Made by a program: the position numbers and the translations under genes. A DNA stretch of 64,000 bases from Acholeplasmataceae bacterium (GTDB lineage: Bacteria > Bacillota_I > Bacilli_A > Acholeplasmatales > Acholeplasmataceae), in NCBI GenBank assembly GCA_963667565.1, contig OY763415.1, forward strand, positions 32,001-96,000. Direction: 5' to 3'. Positions within the stretch are counted from its first letter, which is position 1. Each line of letters starts with the position of its first letter. The notes under the pieces were generated by a model, which saw only the letters and a program-made list of their open reading frames with translations, ran no database searches and was not told the origin of the DNA. Positions 54,778-63,177 of the stretch are shown here, piece by piece.

Positions 54778-55688
54778 ACCCTATGATAGAGATTAACCAA
54801 AAAGTATTAGATGCTTTAGATGCACAAAAAGCGGTTGTCGCTTTAGAATCAACGATTATTTCTCATGGAATGCCATATCCTGAAAATGTAGAGATGGCAA
54901 GAAATGTTGAAAAGATTATTGAAGAAGAAGGTGCAGTACCTGCAACTATCGCAATCATTAAAGGTGTGATTAAAGTTGGTTTAACAGATGAAGAACTACT
55001 TTATTTAGCACAAGCCAAAGATGTTGTTAAAGTGAGTAAAAGAGATTTTGGATATGTCATATCACAAGGTTTAACAGGTGCTACTACGGTATCAGCGACC
55101 ATGTTAGTTGCTAAAATGGCAGGTATTAAAGTGTTTGCTACTGGTGGTATAGGTGGTGTGCATCGTGGTGCAGAAACATCATTTGATATTTCTAGAGACT
55201 TAGAAGAACTTGCTTCACAAGAAGTTTGCGTTGTATGTGCTGGTGCCAAGTCAATTCTTGATTTAGGTTTAACTAAAGAATATTTAGAAACCAAAGGTGT
55301 TGAATTACTAGGTTATCAAACAAAAGAACTTCCTGCTTTTTATACAAGAGAAAGTGGATTTGAAGTTGATTATGATATGCAAAATCCAAAAGATATCGCA
55401 AAACTTATGAAAGCAAAATGGGATTTAGGATTATCAGGTGGCATGGTTGTCGCAAATCCTATTCCTAAAGCATATAGTCAAGATAAAGATAAAATGGATA
55501 AAGTGATTCAAGAAGCATTAGACAAAGCTGATGAACTACATGTTAAAGGTAAAGATATCACACCATTTTTATTAGATTACATTAAAACAAATACAAAAGG
55601 TGAGAGTTTAAAAGCTAATCTTGAATTGGTATTTAATAATGCTAGACTCGCAGCACAAATCGCAAAAGCATTTGAATCATTAACATAA
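54774..55688 (+). CDS. psuG: Pseudouridine-5'-phosphate glycosidase
   Basis: VALESTIISHGMPYP, ATGGIGGVHRG, GAKSILD, TPFLL. Confidence 0.95.
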   Translation: MNPMIEINQKVLDALDAQKAVVALESTIISHGMPYPENVEMARNVEKIIEEEGAVPATIAIIKGVIKVGLTDEELLYLAQAKDVVKVSKRDFGYVISQGLTGATTVSATMLVAKMAGIKVFATGGIGGVHRGAETSFDISRDLEELASQEVCVVCAGAKSILDLGLTKEYLETKGVELLGYQTKELPAFYTRESGFEVDYDMQNPKDIAKLMKAKWDLGLSGGMVVANPIPKAYSQDKDKMDKVIQEALDKADELHVKGKDITPFLLDYIKTNTKGESLKANLELVFNNARLAAQIAKAFESLT

Positions 55689-55690
55689 AC

Positions 55691-55714
55691 AAAAAAGCCG
55701 GAAATCCGGCTTTT
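55691..55714. terminator. Bidirectional terminator
   Basis: aaaaaagccgg-aaat-ccggctttt. Confidence 0.85.
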
Positions 55715-55825
55715 GTTTTTGATATTGATTTTATATTAGTTAAAAGAGAGAGACTAATAAGATATTTAAGGATAGGAAAGAAGAAAATTTTAATCAATAT
55801 CACTTAGTTAGTTGTTTGGTTTACA
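55691..55825 (-). ncRNA. Candidate small RNA
   Basis: Minus-strand TGcTATAAT at 55831-55839, nested stems, terminator at 55691-55714, no ORF. Confidence 0.45.
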
Positions 55826-56056
55826 TGCTTATTATAGCACTCTGTTTTCATCTATAAAAGCAAAATAACTGTTATTACATAAGTTCACATAATGTTGACA
55901 TAATATGCATTATTTAATCACTGTTGGTCGGTAATACTTTGTTAAAAAAAGTAAAATGAACATTTCAATTTTATCGCCTTTTATTGACATTTCAGGGTTA
56001 CTCGGTTAATATATGTTAGAATACAAAAAGAGAGAAAATGATTCGAGGGACTACTT

Positions 56057-57244
56057 ATGGATTTATTTAATAAGTGCTTTCAGTATAAAACTGCTGAAAT
56101 CGCCAAAAGTGAAGGATATTATCCTTATTTCCACGTATTAGAATCTAAGCAAGATACGGTTGTTGAAATGGAAGGCAAACGTATGATCATGATTGGGTCT
56201 AATAACTACTTAGGACTTGCATCACATCCCGATGTGATCAAAGCAAGTGTTGATGCTACAAATCATTATGGTACCGGCGTATCTGGATCTAGATTTTTAA
56301 ACGGTACATTAACTTTACATACACAATTTGAACAAGAAATGGCTGAATTTCTAAATAAGGAAGCAGTCACGATTTTTTCTACTGGTTTTCAATCAAATTT
56401 AGGTATTATTTCAGCCATTGCTGGTAGAAATGATATTATCTTTTCTGATAAAGAAAATCATGCAAGTATTTATGATGCGATTAAATTAAGTTATGCAGAA
56501 GTTGTTAGATATAATCATAATGATATGCAAGACTTAGAGAATAAGATTGCTAAAGCAGATCCAAATAAAGGATTTTTAATTGTTACTGATGGCGTATTTT
56601 CTATGAGTGGTGATATTTGTAACTTACCTGAAATTGTTAGAATTGGTAAGACTTATGGTGCACGCATTATGGTAGATGATGCGCATGGCTTAGGTGTCAT
56701 GGGTGCTCATGGTAGAGGTACTGCAGAACATTTTGGATTAGAAGATGAAGTTGATATTTATATGGGTACATTCTCTAAATCACTAGCAAGTCTTGGTGGA
56801 TATGTTGCTGCTCAAAAAGAAGTGGTTGAATATATCAGACATAATTCTAGACCATATATTTTCTCAGCTGCTATTCCTGCTGGAAATGTCGCATCAGCAC
56901 TTGAAGCATTACGCATTTTAAAGAAAGAACCAGAGCGTGTTAAAAACTTAAATGATATTGCAGATTATATGAGAGCTGCACTTAAAAAACGAGGTTTAGA
57001 GTTAAGAGAATCTTCAACACCAATTATTCCAATTTTTACATACACGCCAATTCGTACGATGGTCGCATGTAACATGCTATTTGAACGTGGTGTATATGTT
57101 AATCCAGTGATTCCACCAGCAACTCCTATTGGTGAATGCTTGATTAGAACAAGTTATACATCAACACATACGAAAGAACTTATGGATGAAGCAGCAGATA
57201 AAATTGCTGAAGTCTTAGAGTTACTAAAGGATATGAAAGAATAA
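56057..57244 (+). CDS. Alpha-oxoamine synthase, serine palmitoyltransferase-like
   Basis: YPYF, GSNNYLG, GSRFLNGT, STGFQSNLG, NHASI, DDAH, GTFSKS (PLP lysine), SRPYIFSA. Confidence 0.8.
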   Translation: MDLFNKCFQYKTAEIAKSEGYYPYFHVLESKQDTVVEMEGKRMIMIGSNNYLGLASHPDVIKASVDATNHYGTGVSGSRFLNGTLTLHTQFEQEMAEFLNKEAVTIFSTGFQSNLGIISAIAGRNDIIFSDKENHASIYDAIKLSYAEVVRYNHNDMQDLENKIAKADPNKGFLIVTDGVFSMSGDICNLPEIVRIGKTYGARIMVDDAHGLGVMGAHGRGTAEHFGLEDEVDIYMGTFSKSLASLGGYVAAQKEVVEYIRHNSRPYIFSAAIPAGNVASALEALRILKKEPERVKNLNDIADYMRAALKKRGLELRESSTPIIPIFTYTPIRTMVACNMLFERGVYVNPVIPPATPIGECLIRTSYTSTHTKELMDEAADKIAEVLELLKDMKE

Positions 57245-58041
57245 TGAATAAAGTCATTGTTATTACTGGAGCATCTAGTGGTATCGGATTTGAGACTGCT
57301 TTATTGCTTGCTAAAAAAGGATATCAAGTCTATGGTATTTCTAGATCTAAAATTGATCATGAACTTATCATGAGCAAACAAGCAGATGTGACAGATATGA
57401 ACCAATTAAATCAAGTGTTAAAAGAAATCCATGAAGAAACTGGGCGAATTGATACCATTATTAATAACGCTGGAATGGGTATCAGTGGAAGTGTAGAATA
57501 TACTTCTATAGAGGATTTATCCTATATTTTAGATGTAAATTTAAAAGGTGTTGTTTATGGATGTCAAGCTGCACTGCCTTATTTAAGAGAAACCAAAGGT
57601 AAGATCATTAATGTTGGTTCGGTTGCAGGTACACTTGCAATTCCATTCCAATCGTTTTATAGTGCATCTAAAGCAGCTGTTGAAGCTTTTTCTGATGCAT
57701 TATCCATTGAAGTTAAACCTATGGGTATCAAAGTATGTACGGTGCTTCCTGGAGATATTAAAACCGGATTTACAAAAAACAGAAGAAAAAACGCATTTGA
57801 AAGCGAACTTTATGAAACGCGTGTATTAAAGTCAATTGGTGTCATGGAAAAAGACGAACAAAATGGTATGTCTAGTCAATATGCAGCTAAAGTCTTCTTA
57901 AAACTTGTTAAAAAGAAACAAATGCCATTAGTTAAAACCATCGGTTTTAAATATAAAGTATTTGTTTTTCTTCAAAAAGTATTACCAAAACGTATGGTTG
58001 TCTTTATTGTTGGACTTTTGTACGGATTTAATAAAGATTAA
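57244..58041 (+). CDS. Classical SDR oxidoreductase, probably NADP-dependent
   Basis: TGASSGIG, ISR, NNAG, S, YSASK; TAATG overlap with the upstream gene. Confidence 0.9.
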   Translation: MNKVIVITGASSGIGFETALLLAKKGYQVYGISRSKIDHELIMSKQADVTDMNQLNQVLKEIHEETGRIDTIINNAGMGISGSVEYTSIEDLSYILDVNLKGVVYGCQAALPYLRETKGKIINVGSVAGTLAIPFQSFYSASKAAVEAFSDALSIEVKPMGIKVCTVLPGDIKTGFTKNRRKNAFESELYETRVLKSIGVMEKDEQNGMSSQYAAKVFLKLVKKKQMPLVKTIGFKYKVFVFLQKVLPKRMVVFIVGLLYGFNKD

Positions 58042-58106
58042 AAAGCCGATTGGCTTTTTTTTATCTTTATATGATAAAATAGTAAATAAAATTAAAGAGG
58101 TGCCAT

Positions 58107-59906
58107 ATGAAAAAGCAATTACCAAAAAGATCAGAAGTTGATCCATTATTAACTTGGGATGTAAACCAGTTATTTGAAACTGAAGAAGCATATGAAAAAG
58201 CATTAGAAGAAACAGCATCATTAGTTGATGTATTTGCTAAGACATATGAACATAAATTAAATGAACCTGTGATTATTAACAAAGCATTAGATGAACTTAA
58301 GAAGATTCAAGAAAATTTTGTTGTTTTATCGTCTTATCAATCATTGCAATCATCTGGCGATTCAACAGATGAAAAGAATCAAATGAGAAGTGGAAACTTT
58401 ATGATTAAGTTTCAAAAGATGGTACAAAAATTAACATTTGTTACTGTTGAACTTAATTTAGTCGATTTAGAAGTTTTAAAAGAAGCACAAAAATTAAGTG
58501 TAGAAAATGCAAATCATTTAGAAGATATCATTTTAGAAAGACCACATATTTTATCGCCAGATGCTCAAAAAGCAGTCGTTGCACTATCTCAAACATTAAA
58601 TGCAGCGTATCCTAACTATCAAAGATTTAAGTTAGCGGATATGAAGTTTGCAGATTTTGAAGTTGACGGTATCATGCATCCTAATTCATTTACTTTATTT
58701 GAAAACGAATGGGAATATGAAAAAGATGCTAAAGTTAGAAGAAAAGCTTATGAAACATTTTATCAAACGTTAAGTCAATATCAAAATGGACTTGCTAATA
58801 ATTATCAAGCACATGTTCAAAAAGAAAAAGCACTTGCATCATTGACTGGATTTGATTCAGTGTTTGATTATCTACTTTTTGATCAAAAAGTAGGTAAAGA
58901 TATGATGGATCGTCAAATTGATGTCATCATGGAAAAATTGGCACCTGCGATGAGAAAATATGCAAAATTACTTCAAAAAATTCATGGATTAGATAAAATG
59001 ACTTATGCCGATTTAAAGATTGCAGTTGATCCAGAGTTAGAACCTAAAGTCACAGTAGAAGATGCTAAAACATATATTTTAGAAGGACTTGCAAAACTTG
59101 GTCCTGAGTATTTAGATATTGCAAGACGCTCATTTGATGAAAGATGGATTGATTTCCCTCAAAATATTGGTAAATCTACGGGTGGTTTTTGTGCATCACC
59201 TTATGGGAAAAACTCATTCATTTTAATTAATTGGAATGGACAAATGGATGAAGTGATGGTATTAGCACATGAGATTGGTCATGCAGGACATTTCCAATAT
59301 GCGAATGCCAATCAAAATATCTTTAATACAAGACCTTCCATGTATTTTATTGAAGCACCATCAACAACCAATGAACTCATCATGGCAAGACATTTAATTA
59401 AAAACACCAAAGATAAGAGATTGAAACGTTGGATTTTATCAGTGATGATTTCAAGAACTTATTATCATAATTTTGTTACTCATTTATTAGAAGCTGCTTA
59501 CCAAAGAAAAGTATATGAAAAAGTTGATTTAGGTCAACCCTTATCAGCCAGAGTATTAAATGATTTAAAACTAAGTGTTTTAAAACAATTTTGGGGAGAT
59601 GAAGTTGAGATTCCAGATTATGCAGGACTTACTTGGATGAGACAACCACATTATTTTATGGGATTATATCCATATACTTATTCAGCAGGGTTAACTATTG
59701 GTACAGTTGTATCGGATAAGATTTTTAAAGGTGAGTTAGATCCTAATGAATGGATTAAAGTTTTAAAAGCTGGTGGTACAAAATCACCTCTTGAATTAGC
59801 TCAAATGGTTGGTGTGGATGTGTCTACTGAAGAACCATTAATTAACGCGATTAAGTTTATCAGCGATACTATTGATGAAATTGAAACATTAACAAAAGAA
59901 CTATAA
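58107..59906 (+). CDS. pepF: Oligoendopeptidase F (M3B)
   Basis: LPKRSEV..TWD, GKSTGGF, HEIGHAGH, EAPST, PHYF..YPYTY. Confidence 0.93.
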   Translation: MKKQLPKRSEVDPLLTWDVNQLFETEEAYEKALEETASLVDVFAKTYEHKLNEPVIINKALDELKKIQENFVVLSSYQSLQSSGDSTDEKNQMRSGNFMIKFQKMVQKLTFVTVELNLVDLEVLKEAQKLSVENANHLEDIILERPHILSPDAQKAVVALSQTLNAAYPNYQRFKLADMKFADFEVDGIMHPNSFTLFENEWEYEKDAKVRRKAYETFYQTLSQYQNGLANNYQAHVQKEKALASLTGFDSVFDYLLFDQKVGKDMMDRQIDVIMEKLAPAMRKYAKLLQKIHGLDKMTYADLKIAVDPELEPKVTVEDAKTYILEGLAKLGPEYLDIARRSFDERWIDFPQNIGKSTGGFCASPYGKNSFILINWNGQMDEVMVLAHEIGHAGHFQYANANQNIFNTRPSMYFIEAPSTTNELIMARHLIKNTKDKRLKRWILSVMISRTYYHNFVTHLLEAAYQRKVYEKVDLGQPLSARVLNDLKLSVLKQFWGDEVEIPDYAGLTWMRQPHYFMGLYPYTYSAGLTIGTVVSDKIFKGELDPNEWIKVLKAGGTKSPLELAQMVGVDVSTEEPLINAIKFISDTIDEIETLTKEL

Positions 59907-59914
59907 CATATGAT

Positions 59915-59939
59915 AACCACTCAAAAAGAGTGGTTTTTT
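59915..59939 (+). terminator. Terminator after pepF
   Basis: aaccactc-aaaaa-gagtggtt followed by T run. Confidence 0.85.
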
Positions 59940-60057
59940 ATTTATATTATGTATTATAGGACATATCCGCCCTGTTTTCATATAAGAATTCAAATTATAA
60001 TAGAAATATAAGACACCAATGACATCTGCATACACATTTTTTTGGAGGGACAAAGAA

Positions 60058-60411
60058 ATGAAAAAAATGTTTAAAGCGTTTGATTCTTATGAAATCAGAA
60101 GTATGGTAAAAAGAATGGAACGTCGAGAAAAAATCATCGCAATCATCTTGTTATTCGCGATGATTTTAAGCATGATACCTTATCAGGTATTTGCAAAAAC
60201 AGAAGATGTATCACATCAAGAAAGTGAAGTCAGCCAAGAAGAACATACATACAGTTATGATGTAGCAAGTAAAGATATACCTATAGTTGCAAAAGATACA
60301 TCAAAAAGAACAATCAATGAAAAACACTTTAGAAAAGAAGATGGCACATATGAAGTTGCTATCTATGATGGTGCTGTTCATTATTACTTACATATGATAC
60401 TCCATTTGTAG
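60058..60411 (+). pseudogene. Truncated N-terminus of a WapA-like Rhs protein
   Basis: GGAGG RBS, signal peptide (..QVFA), 'KRTINEKHFRKEDGTYEVAIYDGAVHY', then runs into inverted DNA and stops. Confidence 0.65.
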
Positions 60412-60512
60412 TCCATCCTTCACCTCCAAATTCAAATCCATTATTGGTAACTTGATTATATCTATTCTCATTAAATCCATTATTGATTTGAATGTTATCA
60501 AAATATACTGTA
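60385..60512 (-). pseudogene. Inverted internal fragment of a WapA/Rhs-like gene
   Basis: Minus strand reads TVYFDNIQINNGFNENRYNQVTNNGFEFGGEGWTTNG, like CBM-type module linkers in WapA-type proteins. Confidence 0.55.
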
Positions 60513-60990
60513 GATATAGACATATCAATATAACGATCAAGGTGTAAGAGTATCAAAAGAAACCAATACACATCAGTATGAGTACATTGTTGATGGATAT
60601 TTAGTGCTTGTTGAAATCATTGATGGTACTAGCTATATCTATTATACATATGATGTTGATGGTACATTGATTAGTATGAATTACCAAGGTGTTGAGTATT
60701 ACTATATGAGTAATTTGCAAGGTGACATCATTGGAATGATAGATGGATCAGGAAATATCGTGGTAAAATATAGTTATGATGCATGGGGTAATATCTTATA
60801 TCAATGGACATCCATTACTAACTTAGATGATATCAATCCATATCGATATAGAGGATATCGATATGACGAGGAAACAAATCTATATTATTTAAATGCAAGA
60901 TATTATGATCCATCCATAGCAAGATTTATATCAGCAGATGATGTAAGTTTTATATCAGATGATCAAGCATCAAGTATTAATTTATATGCA
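60510..60990 (+). repeat. Rhs core repeat, copy 1
   Basis: Near-identical to 63331-63810; has a 1-nt insertion near 60521. Confidence 0.92.
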
Positions 60991-61569
60991 TATACTCTCA
61001 ATAATCCGGTGATGGGTTATGATCCTTATGGGACATTTGATTGGGCAAGAATACTTTTGGCAGCGGGAATAGTAACTAGTGGTGTTGCATTATTAGTTAT
61101 AGGGTGTGGAATTTTAGGATTCGGTGTTTTATATTTTGCTGCAGTTGCTATAACAACAGTCGTTAATGCTGCCAGCGCACTAACTGAAAAAGTAGTTGTT
61201 ATGGATTTATCAATAACAGGGAATAATCCAAATGGAACAAACTTGAAGATTGGACTTTCTTTCATTGTTGACTATGATGATTTAAATATGGAAGGTTATT
61301 TTCATAGTGGAGTAGTAATTGGAAATTCTTTTGGACCCACATTTTCTGTGGGAGTAGTTACAAACTATGCTGGTGAAGGATCTTATGCGGGATATTTTGT
61401 TGGTACAGGTGGGAGTTTAAATGGATATGGTGCTGAAAAAAGTATAGATCCAACTGGTGGTCATAATGCTGTTGGTGCTACTTCAATGACTTTTTCATTA
61501 TTACCATTTCAAACTAGAAATGGAGCAGCTGTATTTTTTGAATACGAATATTATATTAAGGTTTTTTAG
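60604..61569 (+). CDS. Rhs core + C-terminal toxin domain 1 (5'-truncated cassette)
   Basis: YSYDAWG, NPYRYRGYRYD.ET.LYYLNARYYDP..RFIS.D, NLYAY..NNPV..DPYG, then a unique C-terminus. Confidence 0.85.
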   Translation: MLVEIIDGTSYIYYTYDVDGTLISMNYQGVEYYYMSNLQGDIIGMIDGSGNIVVKYSYDAWGNILYQWTSITNLDDINPYRYRGYRYDEETNLYYLNARYYDPSIARFISADDVSFISDDQASSINLYAYTLNNPVMGYDPYGTFDWARILLAAGIVTSGVALLVIGCGILGFGVLYFAAVAITTVVNAASALTEKVVVMDLSITGNNPNGTNLKIGLSFIVDYDDLNMEGYFHSGVVIGNSFGPTFSVGVVTNYAGEGSYAGYFVGTGGSLNGYGAEKSIDPTGGHNAVGATSMTFSLLPFQTRNGAAVFFEYEYYIKVF

Positions 61570-61575
61570 GAGTAT

Positions 61576-62031
61576 ATGATGAAATTTTCTTATGAGTTAT
61601 ATAAAAAAGCGACATTAATTTGGCCACTGATTTCTTGCATATTAGGATCTGTGTTAATAATTTCCGCTATATTGTATATGTTTTTTTCTAAAAGTGGATA
61701 CAAACACAAACTGACTAGATCGATTTCATTTGTTTTGTTAGCAATTTATCTAATTGTATTTAATGCACCAGTTTTAAAATATGGCATATATTTGATTAAT
61801 GAAAATCCAAATTCTTTTTTAGTCGTAGAAGGCAGAATAGATAGTATTGAAGAATATTCTCATTCTCCTAAATACACATTAGAATCTTATGTTGTTTATG
61901 CTAGTATTGTCACTGTTGATGGCGAAGAATATTATTTTATGACAGCAGAAAACATCAATATTGGAGAAAATATTGAAATTATATATTTACCAAATAGTCA
62001 TATAGTATTAGAATACAAAATCAGTGATTAA
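61576..62031 (+). CDS. 2-TM protein, candidate immunity 1
   Basis: Directly follows the toxin C-terminus with AGGAG RBS; ends YLPNSHIVLEY. Confidence 0.65.
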   Translation: MMKFSYELYKKATLIWPLISCILGSVLIISAILYMFFSKSGYKHKLTRSISFVLLAIYLIVFNAPVLKYGIYLINENPNSFLVVEGRIDSIEEYSHSPKYTLESYVVYASIVTVDGEEYYFMTAENINIGENIEIIYLPNSHIVLEYKISD

Positions 62032-62042
62032 AGGAGTTTGAC

Positions 62043-62483
62043 ATGATAGATTTTAAAACATATAAAAAAATATTGTTATTTAACCCTTTGATTTTTGTAG
62101 TAATATACCTACTTCTTTTTTCAACGATATTAATCCCTGCTTTTTCTGATAATAGAGATATGACAGACGAACTGATTATTTTTATCCCTTCTCTATTGGT
62201 GTTTTCAGTTATTTTATTTGAATCATTAAAACATGGTGTTTTTTTGTTTTTTGAAAATTCAAGTGATGCTATAGAAACTGTTGTAGATATTTCCAGTAAC
62301 AAAGCTTTATTGTTTACTAAGGCAGTGTTTGTTCAAGGCAAGACAGTGTATTTTAAATACATATATTCAAATAAAAGTAATTTTCTTTGTGGTATGTTGA
62401 ATAATGAAGAATTGATTGGTAAATATAAAATATTATATTTACCAAAAAGTAAAATTGTTTTAGAAATAGATAAGGTAGATTAA
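62043..62483 (+). CDS. 2-TM protein, paralogue of the preceding gene, candidate immunity 2
   Basis: AAGGAG RBS; shares LK(Y/H)G and YLP.S.IVLE motifs with 61576-62031. Confidence 0.65.
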   Translation: MIDFKTYKKILLFNPLIFVVIYLLLFSTILIPAFSDNRDMTDELIIFIPSLLVFSVILFESLKHGVFLFFENSSDAIETVVDISSNKALLFTKAVFVQGKTVYFKYIYSNKSNFLCGMLNNEELIGKYKILYLPKSKIVLEIDKVD

Positions 62484-62501
62484 ACAATATAGGAAGTTAT
62501 T

Positions 62502-62870
62502 ATGATAAAGTATAAGAGAATCAATATGATAAAAATAGCAAACAAATTTGTATTTTATAGTTAATGCTTAATAATTTTAGTGATAAATTTATTCATTATA
62601 TTTATATCAATTTCAGCAGCAACAATTTATGATGGCACTCATTTAATTATTGAGGCCGATTGGTTGACAATTTATTTGGTATTTGCAATATTGGTCCCAT
62701 TAGTAAGCCTATTTTATGTAAAAATTTTCATGTAAATTGTTATTATTAATGAAAAAGGTATAAAGGCATATAGTCTACTAGGACTCATTTATAAATATCA
62801 GTGGAGCAAAATTAAAATAAAAGCAAACCATAAAAATGAAGAAATTTTAGAAGAGTTTGGATATCTTTAA
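62502..62870 (+). pseudogene. Membrane-protein pseudogene with two in-frame TAA stops
   Basis: One frame reads MIKYKR...FYS*CLIILV...KIFM*IVIINEKGIKAY...YQWSKIK...GYL*. Confidence 0.5.
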
Positions 62871-63147
62871 TTTATACCGTAATAGAATTATTTTTGTAAA
62901 TTGTAAATAAAAAGGCATGCTAAAGAGAATTACGTTAATTCATTGAAACGAAACTCTAATTATAATTGTCTATGAATTGGTAATTTTGAAAGTGTTCATA
63001 TTTAACTTATGTGAAAGATATACAGTTTAAAACAATCAAGTATTAAAAAAGTTAAGTATAATTAAAAAGGATTGATTTCTGCATTGCAATGGAGTCAATC
63101 TGTTACAGTTGAATATTCAATTAAAACAATAACTTTTGGGGTTCACT

Positions 63148-63171
63148 AAAAGGACGAGAAATCGTCTTTTT
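63148..63171 (+). terminator. Terminator-like hairpin before the second Rhs cassette
   Basis: aaaaggacg-agaaat-cgtcttttt. Confidence 0.65.
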
Positions 63172-63177
63172 ATTTGA

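Noticed and set aside
56057..57244. BioF or Kbl assignment
   Set aside because: Not preferred because the motifs fit SPT better and no bio or tdh genes are adjacent; not excluded without a tree.
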